Below, one piece after another: positions 27,083 through 41,006 of a DNA stretch of 64,000 bases. The DNA is from Chiloscyllium plagiosum (Eukaryota). The notes beneath the pieces were generated by a model, which was given only the letters and a program-made list of their open reading frames with translations, ran no database searches and was not told where the DNA came from. Each line of letters opens with the position of its first letter. Within the stretch, counting starts at the first letter, position 1. A program made the translations under genes and the position numbers. The stretch lies in NCBI RefSeq assembly GCF_004010195.1, contig NC_057734.1, positions 24,320,725 to 24,384,724 of the forward strand. The letters run 5' to 3'.

Positions 27083-27660
27083 GACTCTGATGAAGTCATC
27101 TTGACTCAAAACGTTAGTTTGCTCTCTTTCCATGGATGCTGCCTGATCCACTGTGATCTCTAGCATTTTTTCGTTTTCAGTACAGATTCCAGCATCTGCA
27201 GTAATTTGCTTATACGTTCCTGCACAATAATGTATATTGTTGTTCATAAGTTAGGATATTTGTGATTGGAAGATGCTTTGTAAACACAATCTCTTTGATT
27301 CAAAGGATGAGGGAGTTCTGGTGGTGTGGCTGGTATTCATTCTTTCAATTGGTTGTACTCTTACTACCCCACTTCTCCCAAGTTGCTTTACTGCTTTGCG
27401 TGGGATATTGATGGATTTGCTAGTTAAAATATCAGTTCAAACACACTTTCCTTGAATCAAGTGATGAACTCAAACCTGATGAAAATTTGCATTGTGTAAT
27501 CTATGTTGTAGTCCAGCAGAATACTGAAGGAGAACTTTGATGAATTCTCTAAACATAAAATGTTAGCTTGCTTTCTCTCCATGGATGCTGCCTGATCCGC
27601 TTTGATCTCCAGTATTTTTTTGACTTCAGTTCAGATTCCAGCATCTGCAGTAATTTACTG
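27083..27660 (+). mobile_element. Two tandem PLE terminal-repeat fragments (27083-27215, about 27530-27660)
   Basis: Shared ccatggatgctgcctgatcc...cagattccagcatctgcagtaattt. First copy starts gact-ctgatga-agtcatcttgact-caaaacgtt-agtt. Confidence 0.65.
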
Positions 27661-28764
27661 AATCTGTAGTACTGAAGGAGTACCATATTGCTTAATCTGT
27701 CTTTGGATAAGGCCCTTTGCAAGCTCGGGTTTATAGTGGATCACTTTGAAGCAGCATAGAGGTTTCCTAAAGTCTAATGGAACTATCTTAACCTAACCAG
27801 ACCATCTGGTTACTTATCTCAGTGATGTTTTACGTACCTTGCCATGTGAAAATTGGCTGCAACCAATGAATTGCTTTTGGACTGCAAAGTGATTGGATAT
27901 CTCGAGAACCCAAAAATTATTGAGTGAGAGCAGGGTTTTTTTTCAGTGTGGTTTACAGTATTGTACTTTGAGACATATTTTGGCAATGTAGCCATTTAAT
28001 AAAGCATTTATTTAATCATTGCAGTAAAATCTGAATGGTGCCACTCATATGGAAACCATCTTGAGGTATTTTAGAAGTGTTGAAAAGAAGATACTGACCC
28101 TGAGAGTGGTGTGAAAGGAATTACCAATGCTTGACCTTTTTTTAGAATAGGGTGAACTCTGGGAGGGAATCCTTAGATAGGATCTAGATGACGAATGGCA
28201 CAATACTCAATGATGGGGAAAAAAGTGACCGGGAGTAAAAAGAGTTCAAACCTAGTTAAAGATACAGTATGCATCATTTTTACAAGGCAGTATGCATCAA
28301 AATAGGCCAAGTTTTTATGGTATAATAAATATCACCTCAATGAAAGATTGACAGATCTGTCTTCAATTTGCACACAAGCAACTACTGTGCTATTTATTAT
28401 TTATCTGTTGCTATTAAATTTCCTAACTTTTTTTGCTATATTTTGAGGAAAATCTAGTTACATGCTTTAAATCATGGAAGAAATAATACAGCTGGTCAAA
28501 ATTCTATCAGGGCCTGAGAAAATTGTGACAAAGATCTTTAGTTTGACCAGACAAGTTAAAATTGTTTTTTTTCCTCTCTTGATGCTTAAATGGAGATGAC
28601 TGCTTCATTCAGATGAAGCACTTGTAATCCACACTTATTCCAAGGTACGTGACAGCTGTTCATACAAACATATAGGGTAGGTGATGGTTTTTTGACAACA
28701 TGATTTATTATATGGACTGTACTTGGAATGTTTCTCCTTTTTATAAAATCACTTTGAGCAGTGC

Positions 28765-28804
28765 AGTGTTCAACTAACTGCAGCCCTGCAGTTAGTTGAA
28801 CACT
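28765..28804. repeat. Perfect 19-bp inverted repeat with 2-nt spacer
   Basis: agtgttcaactaactgcag-cc-ctgcagttagttgaacact. Confidence 0.95.
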
Positions 28805-31800
28805 TTACTCTTCATTACAAGTTATAAATCTGAGAGAGGTACGCAGTGGAAAATATTCATACATCTAGCCTAATTTTTTAAAAAGGCCCCATTGGTATTG
28901 CTGGCATATTCAGTGAATGTTATTGCAATCCAGTTTTTGGTGAGTTTATCCATGTATACATTGATACTTTGTGCTTGAAAGAGACCAATAAGGGTTCTAT
29001 TTATTTACCTAAACCTAACAGTACTGTGCTGAATGGTTTATTTCTGTTCCTATGTCTTCTGATCTTACTGTTGGGACACTTTGTGGAGTGCTGACGAAAC
29101 TCCACGATTTCTGTGCCGACATTCTATTTGCTTTTAATTTGTACCAGTGTTCAGAATAGCGATTGGTCAGACAGAAAGTTTTACACTACTTTTGTTGCAT
29201 TAGCATTTCCCCTATAACATATGAGCATCCTTCAGATCAGAGAATGCTGATTGTTTGCAACACCAGGTCTGACTTTAGCAGAATAGTGATCCAATTTTGG
29301 ATTAGAAGATTATCTTTTCAGTCCAGGTGTGAATTTCTTTTTCATCCCAGGACAACATTCTGGTCTATCTGTACCTCAAAAGTTACAACTTTTGAAAACT
29401 GGCCAGTTATGCAGTATCATTGAGAATCTAGTTGCAGCTTCATGAATCATGTTAATTGAAAATAAACCATATTCTGTTGCTAATAATGTAATCCCCTCAA
29501 CTTGATGGTTTCTTTTTTATTTGGGGGATTGATCTTTTCCATGTACTAAAATATCCCTAAAGTATGGTTATGCCTTCTGCACTCTTAATACTGTAATTTA
29601 CTCAAATACTTTGTAAAACAGCTGTCAACATGAGTTCTGGTTTCAAAGATAAATTATTCACAGCAAGGACTAAATTCAATTTTGATTGTTAATTGAGCAA
29701 ACTACTATTACTTATGCATGTCCTGATTATTGAAATACAAATCTATACAACAGTGTATAGATTACACCATATTGCAGATTAAAATGGCCTTGCATACTCT
29801 TCACAACAATGTTAAATCATATTGCAAAATCTGTCTACTTGTATGTATTGTGATTGAGTAATATTGCTTTGTTGTTTCTGTAGCTTGACAGAGTAGTGCT
29901 TAATCCAGTATCTATTTTTAAAAATGTGCATCGTGTTCCTTCAAAGAAGCTATGTTTGTATCTCTCCCCACTCTAGACTCTTCGGGTTTCATGTTTCATT
30001 CTTCACTTCTATACCAGATGATATCTCTTTTATCTCAACATTCAATTGGAATGGATAATTCTTAGAGATAATTTGACTTGGGCGGGGTGGGGCAGGGCAT
30101 GGGGGATGTTTGGGAGGGGTGAAAGGCACAAGAATCCGCAGTTTAAAACAAAATAAGTTTGGTTCAAACCCCAATGTAATTGGAACTTTCAAATGAAATT
30201 GAATAAAACCTGAAGTAGAAAACATTTTTGAGGGCTAAGGGAAAGGTTGGGCCCTTGGGATTGTCAGAATTTTTCTGTCAGAACTGGCTCAAATGATAGG
30301 CTGCATATTCTTCTGCTTGTAACCATTCTATGATTCTGTACCAAATTGACAGCAGTAATCAGGCCAATTTGTACTGTTGATCACTTTATAGCACTTGGGT
30401 TGTGATGGAATTTATTGGTCTACATTGATAACTATCTAATACTTAAGTTCTGTGTGTTACTTCACTTGCTGGGTCAGTTAGTGAGATGGTTTATAGTGAA
30501 AAGCATCAGAAGTAGTTGCACATGTTTAGTCAGCCCACTTTGCAGTTACCATTACATTCCCAAATTCTCATGCCTTTTTCATTGGTAGCAGGATCTGTCA
30601 AAAGCTTTATTCTATCAGTTTCTGTCTGTCTCCAGATTTGTCAAGATTTTGAATACTGCCGCCATGATGCTAGGTCTAGTGTTAAGGCTTTGTCCAAGGT
30701 GTTTCTACACAACCCACATTTTATCAATTGGTAAAATACTACTACTATTGATTTTGGCTGAAACTTATCACTACAATTACATTAGTATTGCAATTAATTT
30801 TGTTGAAATTTGAGAATATTTTTGAAACTTCCTAATTTTAATATCTTTTGCTGAATCATCAGATGTTTTGCAGAGAGCAGTTGCTAAAAAGTGAACTAAA
30901 TACAAGAACTCGTGAAAGACTGCCATTGATCTAAAAATGCGAAACTGAACTTCAGTCTGTATCAAGCTAATTTATTATTATGCATATAGTGAACTGATAC
31001 TACCATTGTGTGTGTGTGCAGGAAGTTCTCCCCCTAGTGCTGCTATCCTTGCCTGATGTCCCCACACATGTGCTTCCCAGCAGGAAATTCTATCTGGAAG
31101 CCAAAAATGAGGATGTTCGCAATTGAAAATGTCTCCATTCACAGTATTGATATCTGTAATATGATGGCTTCCTGACCAATGGACGTGAAGTTATTTATAG
31201 TTCTGCTTTTCCAGATGAAATCTGTCAATTTGCAGCAGACTGTTCAATCTGATAACATCTTGCTCTATTGCTCAGCTACTCAATTCCTTACCATTAGATT
31301 GGTGAGAGTTTAGATCAAAAAATAAATTAACTATAATTTAACTGGCTGCTATAGAATTTTCAGCAATTTGTGTAACAATGCAAGAATGCAATGCCAAAGT
31401 GCAGCAAATTTAAGGTTGCATGCACAATCTTCCAGCGATTGAATTGCTGATTTTAGACATTATAAAGTAGAAACCTGCCAAAAGGGAAACCAAATGCGAG
31501 TTTGGAGACTGCTTTTGTGAATCTTTATTTTTAGTTGGCTTAAACAACTAGCTTGGATTCAGGGGTCCACTCTACTGGTTGACGGTGAAGTGTCGTTGAA
31601 AATAAATGGTACTTTATCATAAGGAAAAGTTAAGATACCCAAGTGCAAGAATCCACAGATTTGAAAAGCTGAAGTTAATTTAGATTTGAACATGCAATGG
31701 AATCTTGGAAATTTGGCTGCTCTGTGCTGTTTTGCAGCTGGTGAGTACGCAGTGCAGCTAAGCAAATAATGTATTTTGGGAGCAAGAAGAGACACCACTC

Positions 31801-34260
31801 CAGGAATTTAGCATTTACCAATTTGCTTTGAAATACGGTACAAAAGCCTGAATTTCCAGTATTTGGGAGGAAGTAACATGAGATGTGAGACAATCAACAA
31901 AATTTATGGGATGATCAAGGGGCAGGTGGTCATTCTTTGTGAAATAATAGTTACGTAGCAGACCAGGTTAGGAGGTATGAATCCTGAAGATGTGAAGATC
32001 CAACCACGAGCTGTAGTGTTGGAACGTATTTTTAATGAGTGCAGTTAGTGGGGGAAAAAAAAGCAACTCCAACTTATTGTAGTTTGATTAACCCCAAATC
32101 AAATTATCTTTGGTACCTCGTGCGCATAATGAAGCCTGTATCCCTTCACTTTATTACATGTTAAATGTCCCTAGTAAATAGTTGGAGTGAGAAGGGGTTG
32201 ATTTTTATGATAATGATTATGGTTTGCTTCAGAAATATCCAAAGTCCCTGTGAAGAATAAATGACATGAAAGGAACTGTAAAGTTTGTCTACTGTCAACT
32301 TTCCTTTTACAAATGTCAAATGTATAAAAATCACCAAAATGAACAATCATATTCATTTGTAAACTATATTGCAAATATATTTCAGCCTATCTGGATAAAA
32401 TAGCCCTTGCCAGAGGTGCTATTGCATCCTGCTGTTAAACTACAGAAAGTCTGCTGTCACACTTGACCTGCAAGATAATCTGGATAGTAGAAGGTATGCA
32501 TGTCCAACTTGTTGGATTGAGGAGTACAAACCACCCCAGCGCATCTTCAGGGCTGGATTTCTGGATCCCAGATAGTCAATCAAATCTTCTAATCATGGTT
32601 AATAAAATGGTAATCTGACAAGTCTTTCTTAGTCATGAGTACAACGTTGTCTGATACCAGATATATGTGAAGTTCAATGGTGAATGAGTTGTGATCTGCA
32701 TTTTTCAAGCTTAATATCACAGGTGCATACTTTGTATCCTTGAGCTGACAGAAGGGTATTTTGTCCCCACCATTGGCATCCCGCATCTTAAGTGCAATTT
32801 TGTTTTTGGCTTCTGTCTTGTCCTTTTACTTTGGGAATTTAATGTCATTTGCAAACAATATCATCTTAGGCAGGACAAGAATTGATGGGACTGAGATCCA
32901 GAGCAGTAGTTCTATTTGGGACTCGTAGACAAACATGTCTCGTTAGTAAATAACGCATCAGGCAGCCATTTGTAAATACTTCTACATGGATATCTGAGCA
33001 AGTTAAAATTAAAAATATTATCACACACCCCTCTGGAGCACGTGGACCCTTAACCTTGATTTCCTGGCTCAGAGGTACAACAAGAACCTTGAAAATACAT
33101 ATGAAAAAACATGTATACGCTAATCACCTGCAAGTCTTTATTAGCTGACGTTGACAGTAGCACTGCTGGGGCAGCTTTTTTATTGGGTCTATATATTCAG
33201 ACTTCCTTTTTTTTAAAATAAGGGATATTCCCATTCCAGATCCAAACCAGTGATTTCTGTGCATGTTAATCATGGTCCCGGCTACCATCACTCTTTCTGC
33301 ATTGGCCTATGAGAGAGGTTTGTCCTTTTTTATTTTCCTGGTTTGACTAAGTCTGCTTGTCTCTTTTTACTGCTTCCACAAAGTCACATGCTGTATAAAA
33401 ATGTTTAATATCTAGCTTTGTGTGTTTTTTTTGAACATTAGAGGCTTAGTGGATTTTTTTTTTAAAAGATTAGAATCCTTTTTAAGCATTTCTTCCCAGG
33501 AGCAAACATTATTGTTACACCAAGTCATTTTGTGATTTTAATTCACAATCTAGTTCAGATCTTGGCTGATTATTACATCCAACTCCATTTTTAGCTTTGT
33601 TCCAAATAAATTCTTTTACACAATACAGAAACAGCTATTCAACCTAAACCTTTTATATTCTCCACTGACCTCCCATCTTTCCTCACCAATCAGTATACCT
33701 GTCTATCCCCTTCACCTTTTGCATGCTTACCTAACTCTCCTTAAAGACATCTTGTTTGTTTGTTTGTTATAAGTCCCAATGTCTTGCCATTCTTTGGATA
33801 AGTAGTCCCTTTTGGACTCCCTATTTGATTTCTTGGCGGCAATCTTGTATTGATACTTCATAAGCAAAGCCAGGCTATCTCCTCAATCATGTAGATTGGC
33901 AAAGACAAACATTTAAAGAATGCAAGGCAGAACTGCAACAACTGTTCATTTGTCTGGTGCAAATACAAAATGGGGAAAAATGGCTCGACCATGGCTAATG
34001 AGGTCAATTAGGGATGATTTAGATCCAAGGAAGGGGCATACAAATGCTAAAAAGCAGCAGACCTGAGGTTTGACAGCAGTTTAGATTTCAGGAAAAGGCA
34101 ACAGGCTGAATATTTATTGTGTAATTTAAACTGCCTCATTCCTTTGAGTCTTAATATGCAATACAGTTTATTCGATAACAGTATAAAGATGTGAATCGCA
34201 GCCACCTTTTTAGTACCCACCTGAAATAGGAAAGTGGAAGACTTGGGGTTTAATTGTAAT

Positions 34261-34459
34261 TTTATTGCTGGAACAGCACAGCAGGTCAGGCAGCATCCAG
34301 GGAACAGGAGATTCGACGTTTCGGGCACAGGCCCTTCTTCAGGCCTGTGCCCGAAACGTCGAATCTCCTGTTCCCTGGATGCTGCCTGACCTGCTGTGCT
34401 GTTCCAGCAATAAAGTTTCAACTTTGATCTCCAGCATCTGCAGACCTCACTTTCTCCTC
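34261..34459. mobile_element. Young 199-bp fold-back PLE-derived insertion with 13-bp TSD
   Basis: Perfect 73-bp arms (34261-34333 / 34342-34414), 8-nt loop, 45-nt tail. TSD tttaattgtaatt at 34249-34261 and 34460-34472. Confidence 0.9.
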
Positions 34460-35239
34460 TTTAATTGTAATTGCTGCTTAGTGGAAATCAGAAAGCTAAG
34501 CCTAGAAAATAAATGGCCTTTTAAAGGTAGTGCATTTGTCTTAGTTGGTGCTTTCATACAAAATCAAGTTTTAAGCTGATTTTTGCATCTCTTGACCTTT
34601 CTTGTTCCATGCATGTACAGTAAATACTCCATAATAGTTGTTTGTATTTTGAAGGAATGAGGACATTGCAAAAATCTTACTGATCTGTTTTAGAATATGA
34701 ATAACACTGGGGCTTGCATGAAATCTTCCAGTTGTAAACTTCATGGCTTGCATTTTTCTGTGATTCAAGTAGTTAATTACTTTCACAATAACACACTCAT
34801 CATTAGTTATTGTTTGATCTTACTAAATTATGTCTTGTGACTTGGATAATCTGTGCAAGGTTGCTCCTATCTAAATCTTTATAACGTGTTTGATTATTTT
34901 ACAAATTTGACTTTTAGATTTTTAAATATAAACTTTCATCCTCAAACTTTTTTATTGAAAAATGTGTTCTTTCTCATGAGCTTAGTGAAGTCTTTGTGGA
35001 AGCTTTTGTTATGTTTATAAAACTTTCTTTTTAAACCTGGCTTCAAGTTTTAATTTGTGTGGGCAATGAAAGTGATTATGACTATTCAATATGTTCACTT
35101 CAAAGATCATTGAATACCATTTTCCTTCTGTCTAGCTAATGGATGCGGGCTAGTGAATTTACAATGTCGTGCAGCTGACGTTCTGAGACAATTAATTTGA
35201 TTTTTAGGATTTTGTCTGTGGTTCAAGACCATTTGAACG

Positions 35240-36170
35240 AACAAACGAGAAGCAAGAGTAGGCCACTCACAGCTTGAGCCTGTTCTATCATTCAAAAAGA
35301 TGGCTGATTACTTCACCGTCCTGCCTACCCACAATAACCTTTCACACTCTTGCTTATCAAGAAGCTATCTTAAAAGAAAATTCAAAGACTCTGCTTCCTC
35401 CGTTTGTTTTTTGAGGGCAAGCATTTCAAAAACATTCAATCCTCGAACAAATTTCATTTAATCTGTCATTAAGCTGGCAACCCCATATTTTTAAAACGCA
35501 GCTCTAGATTCTCCCACAAAAGGAAATGTCCTTTGCATGTGCACCCTGTCAAGACTCCTCAGATCTCGTATGCTTCAGTTGAGTCATATTACTCTTCCGA
35601 GCTCTAGTGAAGCCAAGCCTATTGTCTTTTCTATGTAAGACAACCCACCCTTTCCAGGAGTTAGTCTAGTAAACCTCTAAACTACTACTAATGCATTTAT
35701 ATCTGAAATAAGGAGACTATCCAGTACACCATTATCTAAATGCTTCATAACTGGAGTATAATTTTTAGTTTTGTAATTAATTCTGCCTACAATAGATTAT
35801 AATCTAATGGAATTTATTCACTAATTATTTAACTACACCTTTTTTATGCAATTCACACGAAGTCACTCAGATCTCTACAGATCAGTGATCTTTTAATATT
35901 TCATGCTCTTAGATAATGTGCTGCTTTATTGTTGCAGCCAAATGGACAACTTACATTTTCCCATCTTGTATTCCATTTACCAGATAATTGTCCTATATCC
36001 CTTCATTGTCCCTTATGTTGTCTTCACAACTAACTTTGCAACTAACACTAAGAACTACAAATTTACTCTTTATCCTGTCATCCAAGACATTTTAAGGTAA
36101 GTTGTAAAATGTTGAGGTCCCTTTTCCGATTTCTGTGGCAAGATGTGCCAACCAAAAATGACAATTATAT
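35240..36170 (-). mobile_element. Old antisense CR1 remnant
   Basis: Reverse-complement similarity to CR1 tail and ORF2 end (gagtaggccactcacagc..., gacaacttacattttccca). Confidence 0.55.
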
Positions 36171-36672
36171 AAATACAAAATACTGTTAATGCTGGAAGTC
36201 TGAAACAAATAGAGAAAACTGGAGAAATCAGGAGGTCTGGCAGCACTTGTGGAGAGAGAAAAAGTTAACATTTTGAGTCTAGTATTATTCTTATCACAAC
36301 TTCTTCAATACAACTTCAAAATCCAATTATGCCTAGTGTTTTCTGCTAGCTAGCCAGTCTTCTCTCCTTGCCAATTTATTGCTCCCTACATCATGAGGTT
36401 TTTACTTTCTCTATTAATCTTGCAAATGGCACCTTATCAACTGTCTAGAAATTCAATACAGTAGTCTAGATTTTAACCAGGAAAGGTGTATTGTTGATTT
36501 CAGTGTTGCAGTGTTTTATTTGACATTTTAATATGGGAGCTGCAATTACCCTACCCTTGTAGGTTTAGCAACCTAGTAAACTTCTCCAACTGCAAAAGGC
36601 AATACTGTATTTAAATCATACAGTACAAGTTTCCAAATTAACATAACAGTCAATTGCTGCTTTTTCTTTCAG

Positions 36673-36804
36673 TACGAGGTTCTAAACCAGGAAAAAATGT
36701 ACAGCTCCAAGAGAATGAAATCAGAGGCCTGTGCCTCAAGTCTCGTGAAATCTTCCTTAGTCAACCTATTCTTCTGGAACTTGAAGCTCCATTAAAAATA
36801 TGTG
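36673..36804 (+). CDS. PPP1CC: PP1 gamma exon 2
   Basis: ttctttcAG|TACGAGG...TGTG|GTGAGT, (V)[43 protein letters not shown], 132 nt. Confidence 0.97.
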
Positions 36805-38050
36805 GTGAGTAGCTTTTTATAGTCAGTTATTGTCTTGTTGTATGCTCACTTGAAATGTTTGAATCTCAAAATGAAATTGTTTTTCTTGGGCTGAATATTT
36901 GGATTTTAGTTTTTACAAACACAAATTAAGAGCAGTAGTTGGCAACATGTCTCACTAAAGCTGGTCTATTATCCAGTAAGATTATGGCTGGTCTGATTAT
37001 TCTATGTTCCCACCTATCCCATCCCTAATAACCTTTTGCCCCTTGCTCATCAAAAAGATGTACCTCTGATTTTTGAGGAAGAAAACTCCAATCCAAAATA
37101 TTTAAACACTCTATTTTGAAGCAAGGTATTAATCTTGATAGTCAAGTTATTTTCATTTTGCTGTCTGTAAAATGTGATTTTATCCATTGTGCCTACCATC
37201 CATTTAAAAGCAAAGAGACTTATGGAATGAAATCTGACTTCTCAATTTTCTTTTTTACAAAAGCCAGCTTTTCAGTTTTAGTTTAAATGAGGGTGTTGAC
37301 TTTTGACTTTCTAATGTAGGGTGTGAGAATGAACTATTTGTGTAGATAATTTCTTAAGTACTACTGTAAACCTTTTTTAAACAAATGAGAAGTTTATTCA
37401 TATCTCTTGTAGTATTATTTTAGATAGCAATTTCATCTAGAGTGTTCCAGCAGATGGGTTGCTGAATAAAATAGGGTGGAAATTGTTTGCCCTGTTTCTA
37501 CATAACATCAAGCAAGTATCTTTGGGAAGACCCTTTATTCTAGAAATTTGAGAGCATAGCTTTGTCATGAATGGTATAGGATTGTCATCCATTTTATTTT
37601 AATAATTGCTGATAAAAATGACCACTGTATTAGTCTTCTCAGATGAGATGAAATGCAGATTCCAGTATGTATGTGCTTAGTGTTACAGTAAGGCTAGGCA
37701 CAAAATACAATGACTTAGTTAGAAATTTTAATAGCTTTACCCCATAGTGCACACAGGAAATTGTGGGTTTTGCTTCTGCTACTGTTGTACAGAATTATGT
37801 GCTTTTAATCTAGACCTAGTGCATAATGGTTGAGCACTTGATGCGGAAGTCATACACATCAGTTGCGCTGCTTCTCCACCCCCCTGCCCCATATGAACAC
37901 TCGCCAGTACATGTGCACATCCCATGCAGCCACTGCCCCTGTCTGTCTGTTTACTGAGTGTTCTAAATTTTATCCAGCTGCTGCTAACTGTCTATCCCAA
38001 GTTTCACTCTACTACTGCTTGATGTACTTTTAGTAAATTATTCTGATTAA

Positions 38051-38410
<360 letters not shown>

Positions 38411-39086
38411 TGACTGTTTTGACAAGTTTGCTGAAGTCAGGCAATTGTGTATGTGATTAAAGCTACTATCTCTAGTTCAGCTGCTACTTGCCTCAGCAAT
38501 GCTTATAGTGAAACTATATACTCCAGTGGGAAGTAAAAAAGACAACCCTTGTTACTTCTTTGATAATGCCTCTAATTTGGAGGGTCATTCATTTAGTCAC
38601 CTTTAGTTTATGCACTTTTAAAAAGCTTATTATGGCATTTTGTAGCTTTGTTCCCATTTAGTATTTGAAATGTGCAAACTTAAAACTATATTCTATAATA
38701 TTTTCATTGCTTATTATTTATTCTTCAATTTTAATATTAAAGCTCTATGTAAGTGAACAATGAGATGAAAAGAAATCTTTAAATATTTAGCTTTTCAACT
38801 CCAAACAGGCAAGGGATTAATTCAGTGTTTGCCTATACTTAGTTAATTGTACCTTTGTAGCACTTTGGTTTCAAATTAATGCTAACAGTAGTAAAACACA
38901 AATTCCTTTTCCTGTTTCATTCTTAAAAATTGATTTTGTTTGCATTATCATTCTTTGACTGATTCACCAAAGGAAGATAGGTGCCCAAGCGTTAAAGATA
39001 CTAATAGTGCAAATAAAAGAAGCCATTAAATATCTAAGCGTAGCTTCCAAAAAAAAGTTACACAAGTCTATGTCCCAGATTTTTAA

Positions 39087-39227
<141 letters not shown>

Positions 39228-39441
39228 TGAGTACAGGATGTTGCCTATGATTTTTTTAAAAGTAATTTTCTTAATGTGTATTTGAATAATTGTGAATTTC
39301 TTTTTTGGTTAGTCCCTAGGCTCGTTCTTGGTTTGCCGAAGGCCTATGTTTTAACTTTTTTTAAAAAAAATTCTCATTGTAACAGTACAGTTACAGTATT
39401 TAGAGTATGGAGCAGAGGATAATGAGTATTCAATAACTTAA

Positions 39442-39687
<246 letters not shown>

Positions 39688-41006
39688 TAGTGTAGCAGAT
39701 TTATTTATTGATTTTTTTTTTTAAAAAAAAGAGAAACTACTGAATTTCAGTTAATTCCTCTCAAAATCCAGTTGTTTACCTATTAAATATTACTCGTTCT
39801 GATTTAATACAGCTTTGCTATTTATTCACCAACTTGTTCAAAATACAACTCAACAGTAATTGATACCTGAAATTTTCCCTAGCTTGCCAAATCTGTTTGT
39901 AATGCTCCCTCAACCGTTGTCATTTAGTTCGCTACAGTCATCTACAGTATGGTGTGAAAACTGTTACACTTTTTAAAACTTTATCTATTGCTTACATATA
40001 AACCTTTAAATTGCTGGGTGGATGTGTGATTGGGAAAATTGATTATAATTTATTGTTTAATATGGCATGGAATCAAGTGGGTTTTTCTTCCTTAAAAATT
40101 GTAATTTGATAAAAGAATAATCTTTTGATTTGTTCCATTTATATAGTTTTGAGTTGTGTGCCCCTGAAGAGTTCAGATTGGTACAGTATCCTACAAATTG
40201 GTGCATGGTTCTTTTTCAACATGCAGAATATAATCTTTCTATACATAATCAAGACAAGTGGTTATGATTAGTGTTGTGCATTGTGAAACTGAATACAGAG
40301 GATTCATTAAAGAAAAGTTTAAAGCAATTTAAAAATAAATTAGAGACATTGAAAACAGGAGCAAGAGTAGGCAAGGCAATTCGTTCACGTGTGCTCGTCA
40401 TTCAATATGATCGTGACTGATCATCCAACTCTGTACTCTGTTTTCGCGCTCTCCCCATGCACTTTGATCCCTTTAGCCCTACGAACAAAATCTTAACTCC
40501 TCCTCAAACATTCAATGCGTTGGTCTCAACCACTTTTTTTTGTAGTAGAGAATTTCACAGACTTGTCACTTTTAGGGTGAAGATGTTTTTCCTCCTCTGT
40601 CCTAAATGACCTACTCCGTATCCTTAGACTGTGACTCTCCAGTCGTTGGGAACATCCTCCCTGCATTTACCCTGTTTAGTTTTAGAATTTTATGCTTCTG
40701 GGAGATCCCCTTACATTCTTCTGAGCTCCAGCAAATATAGTCCTAACTGAGAGTCCCTCCATAAGTCAGTCCTGCCATCTCCGGAATCAGTCTGTTAACT
40801 TTTGCTGCGCTCCCTCCATAGCCAGAACATCCATCCTTGGACAAGGAGACCAAAACTGCACATAATACTTCAGGTTATTGGTCTCACCATGGCTTTGTAC
40901 AGTTGCAATGCCATCCCTGCTCTTGTCAAATCCCCTAGCTATGTAGGCCGACATATCATTTGCTACCTTCTCCTGTGTGTTTACTTTCAATGACTAATGT
41001 GCAAGG

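Noticed and set aside
34261-34414. Possible pre-miRNA or classical MITE
   Set aside because: The arms are PLE terminal sequence also attached to GIY-YIG-coding copies. The one-sided tail and 13-bp TSD do not fit a typical MITE, and there is no miRNA evidence.
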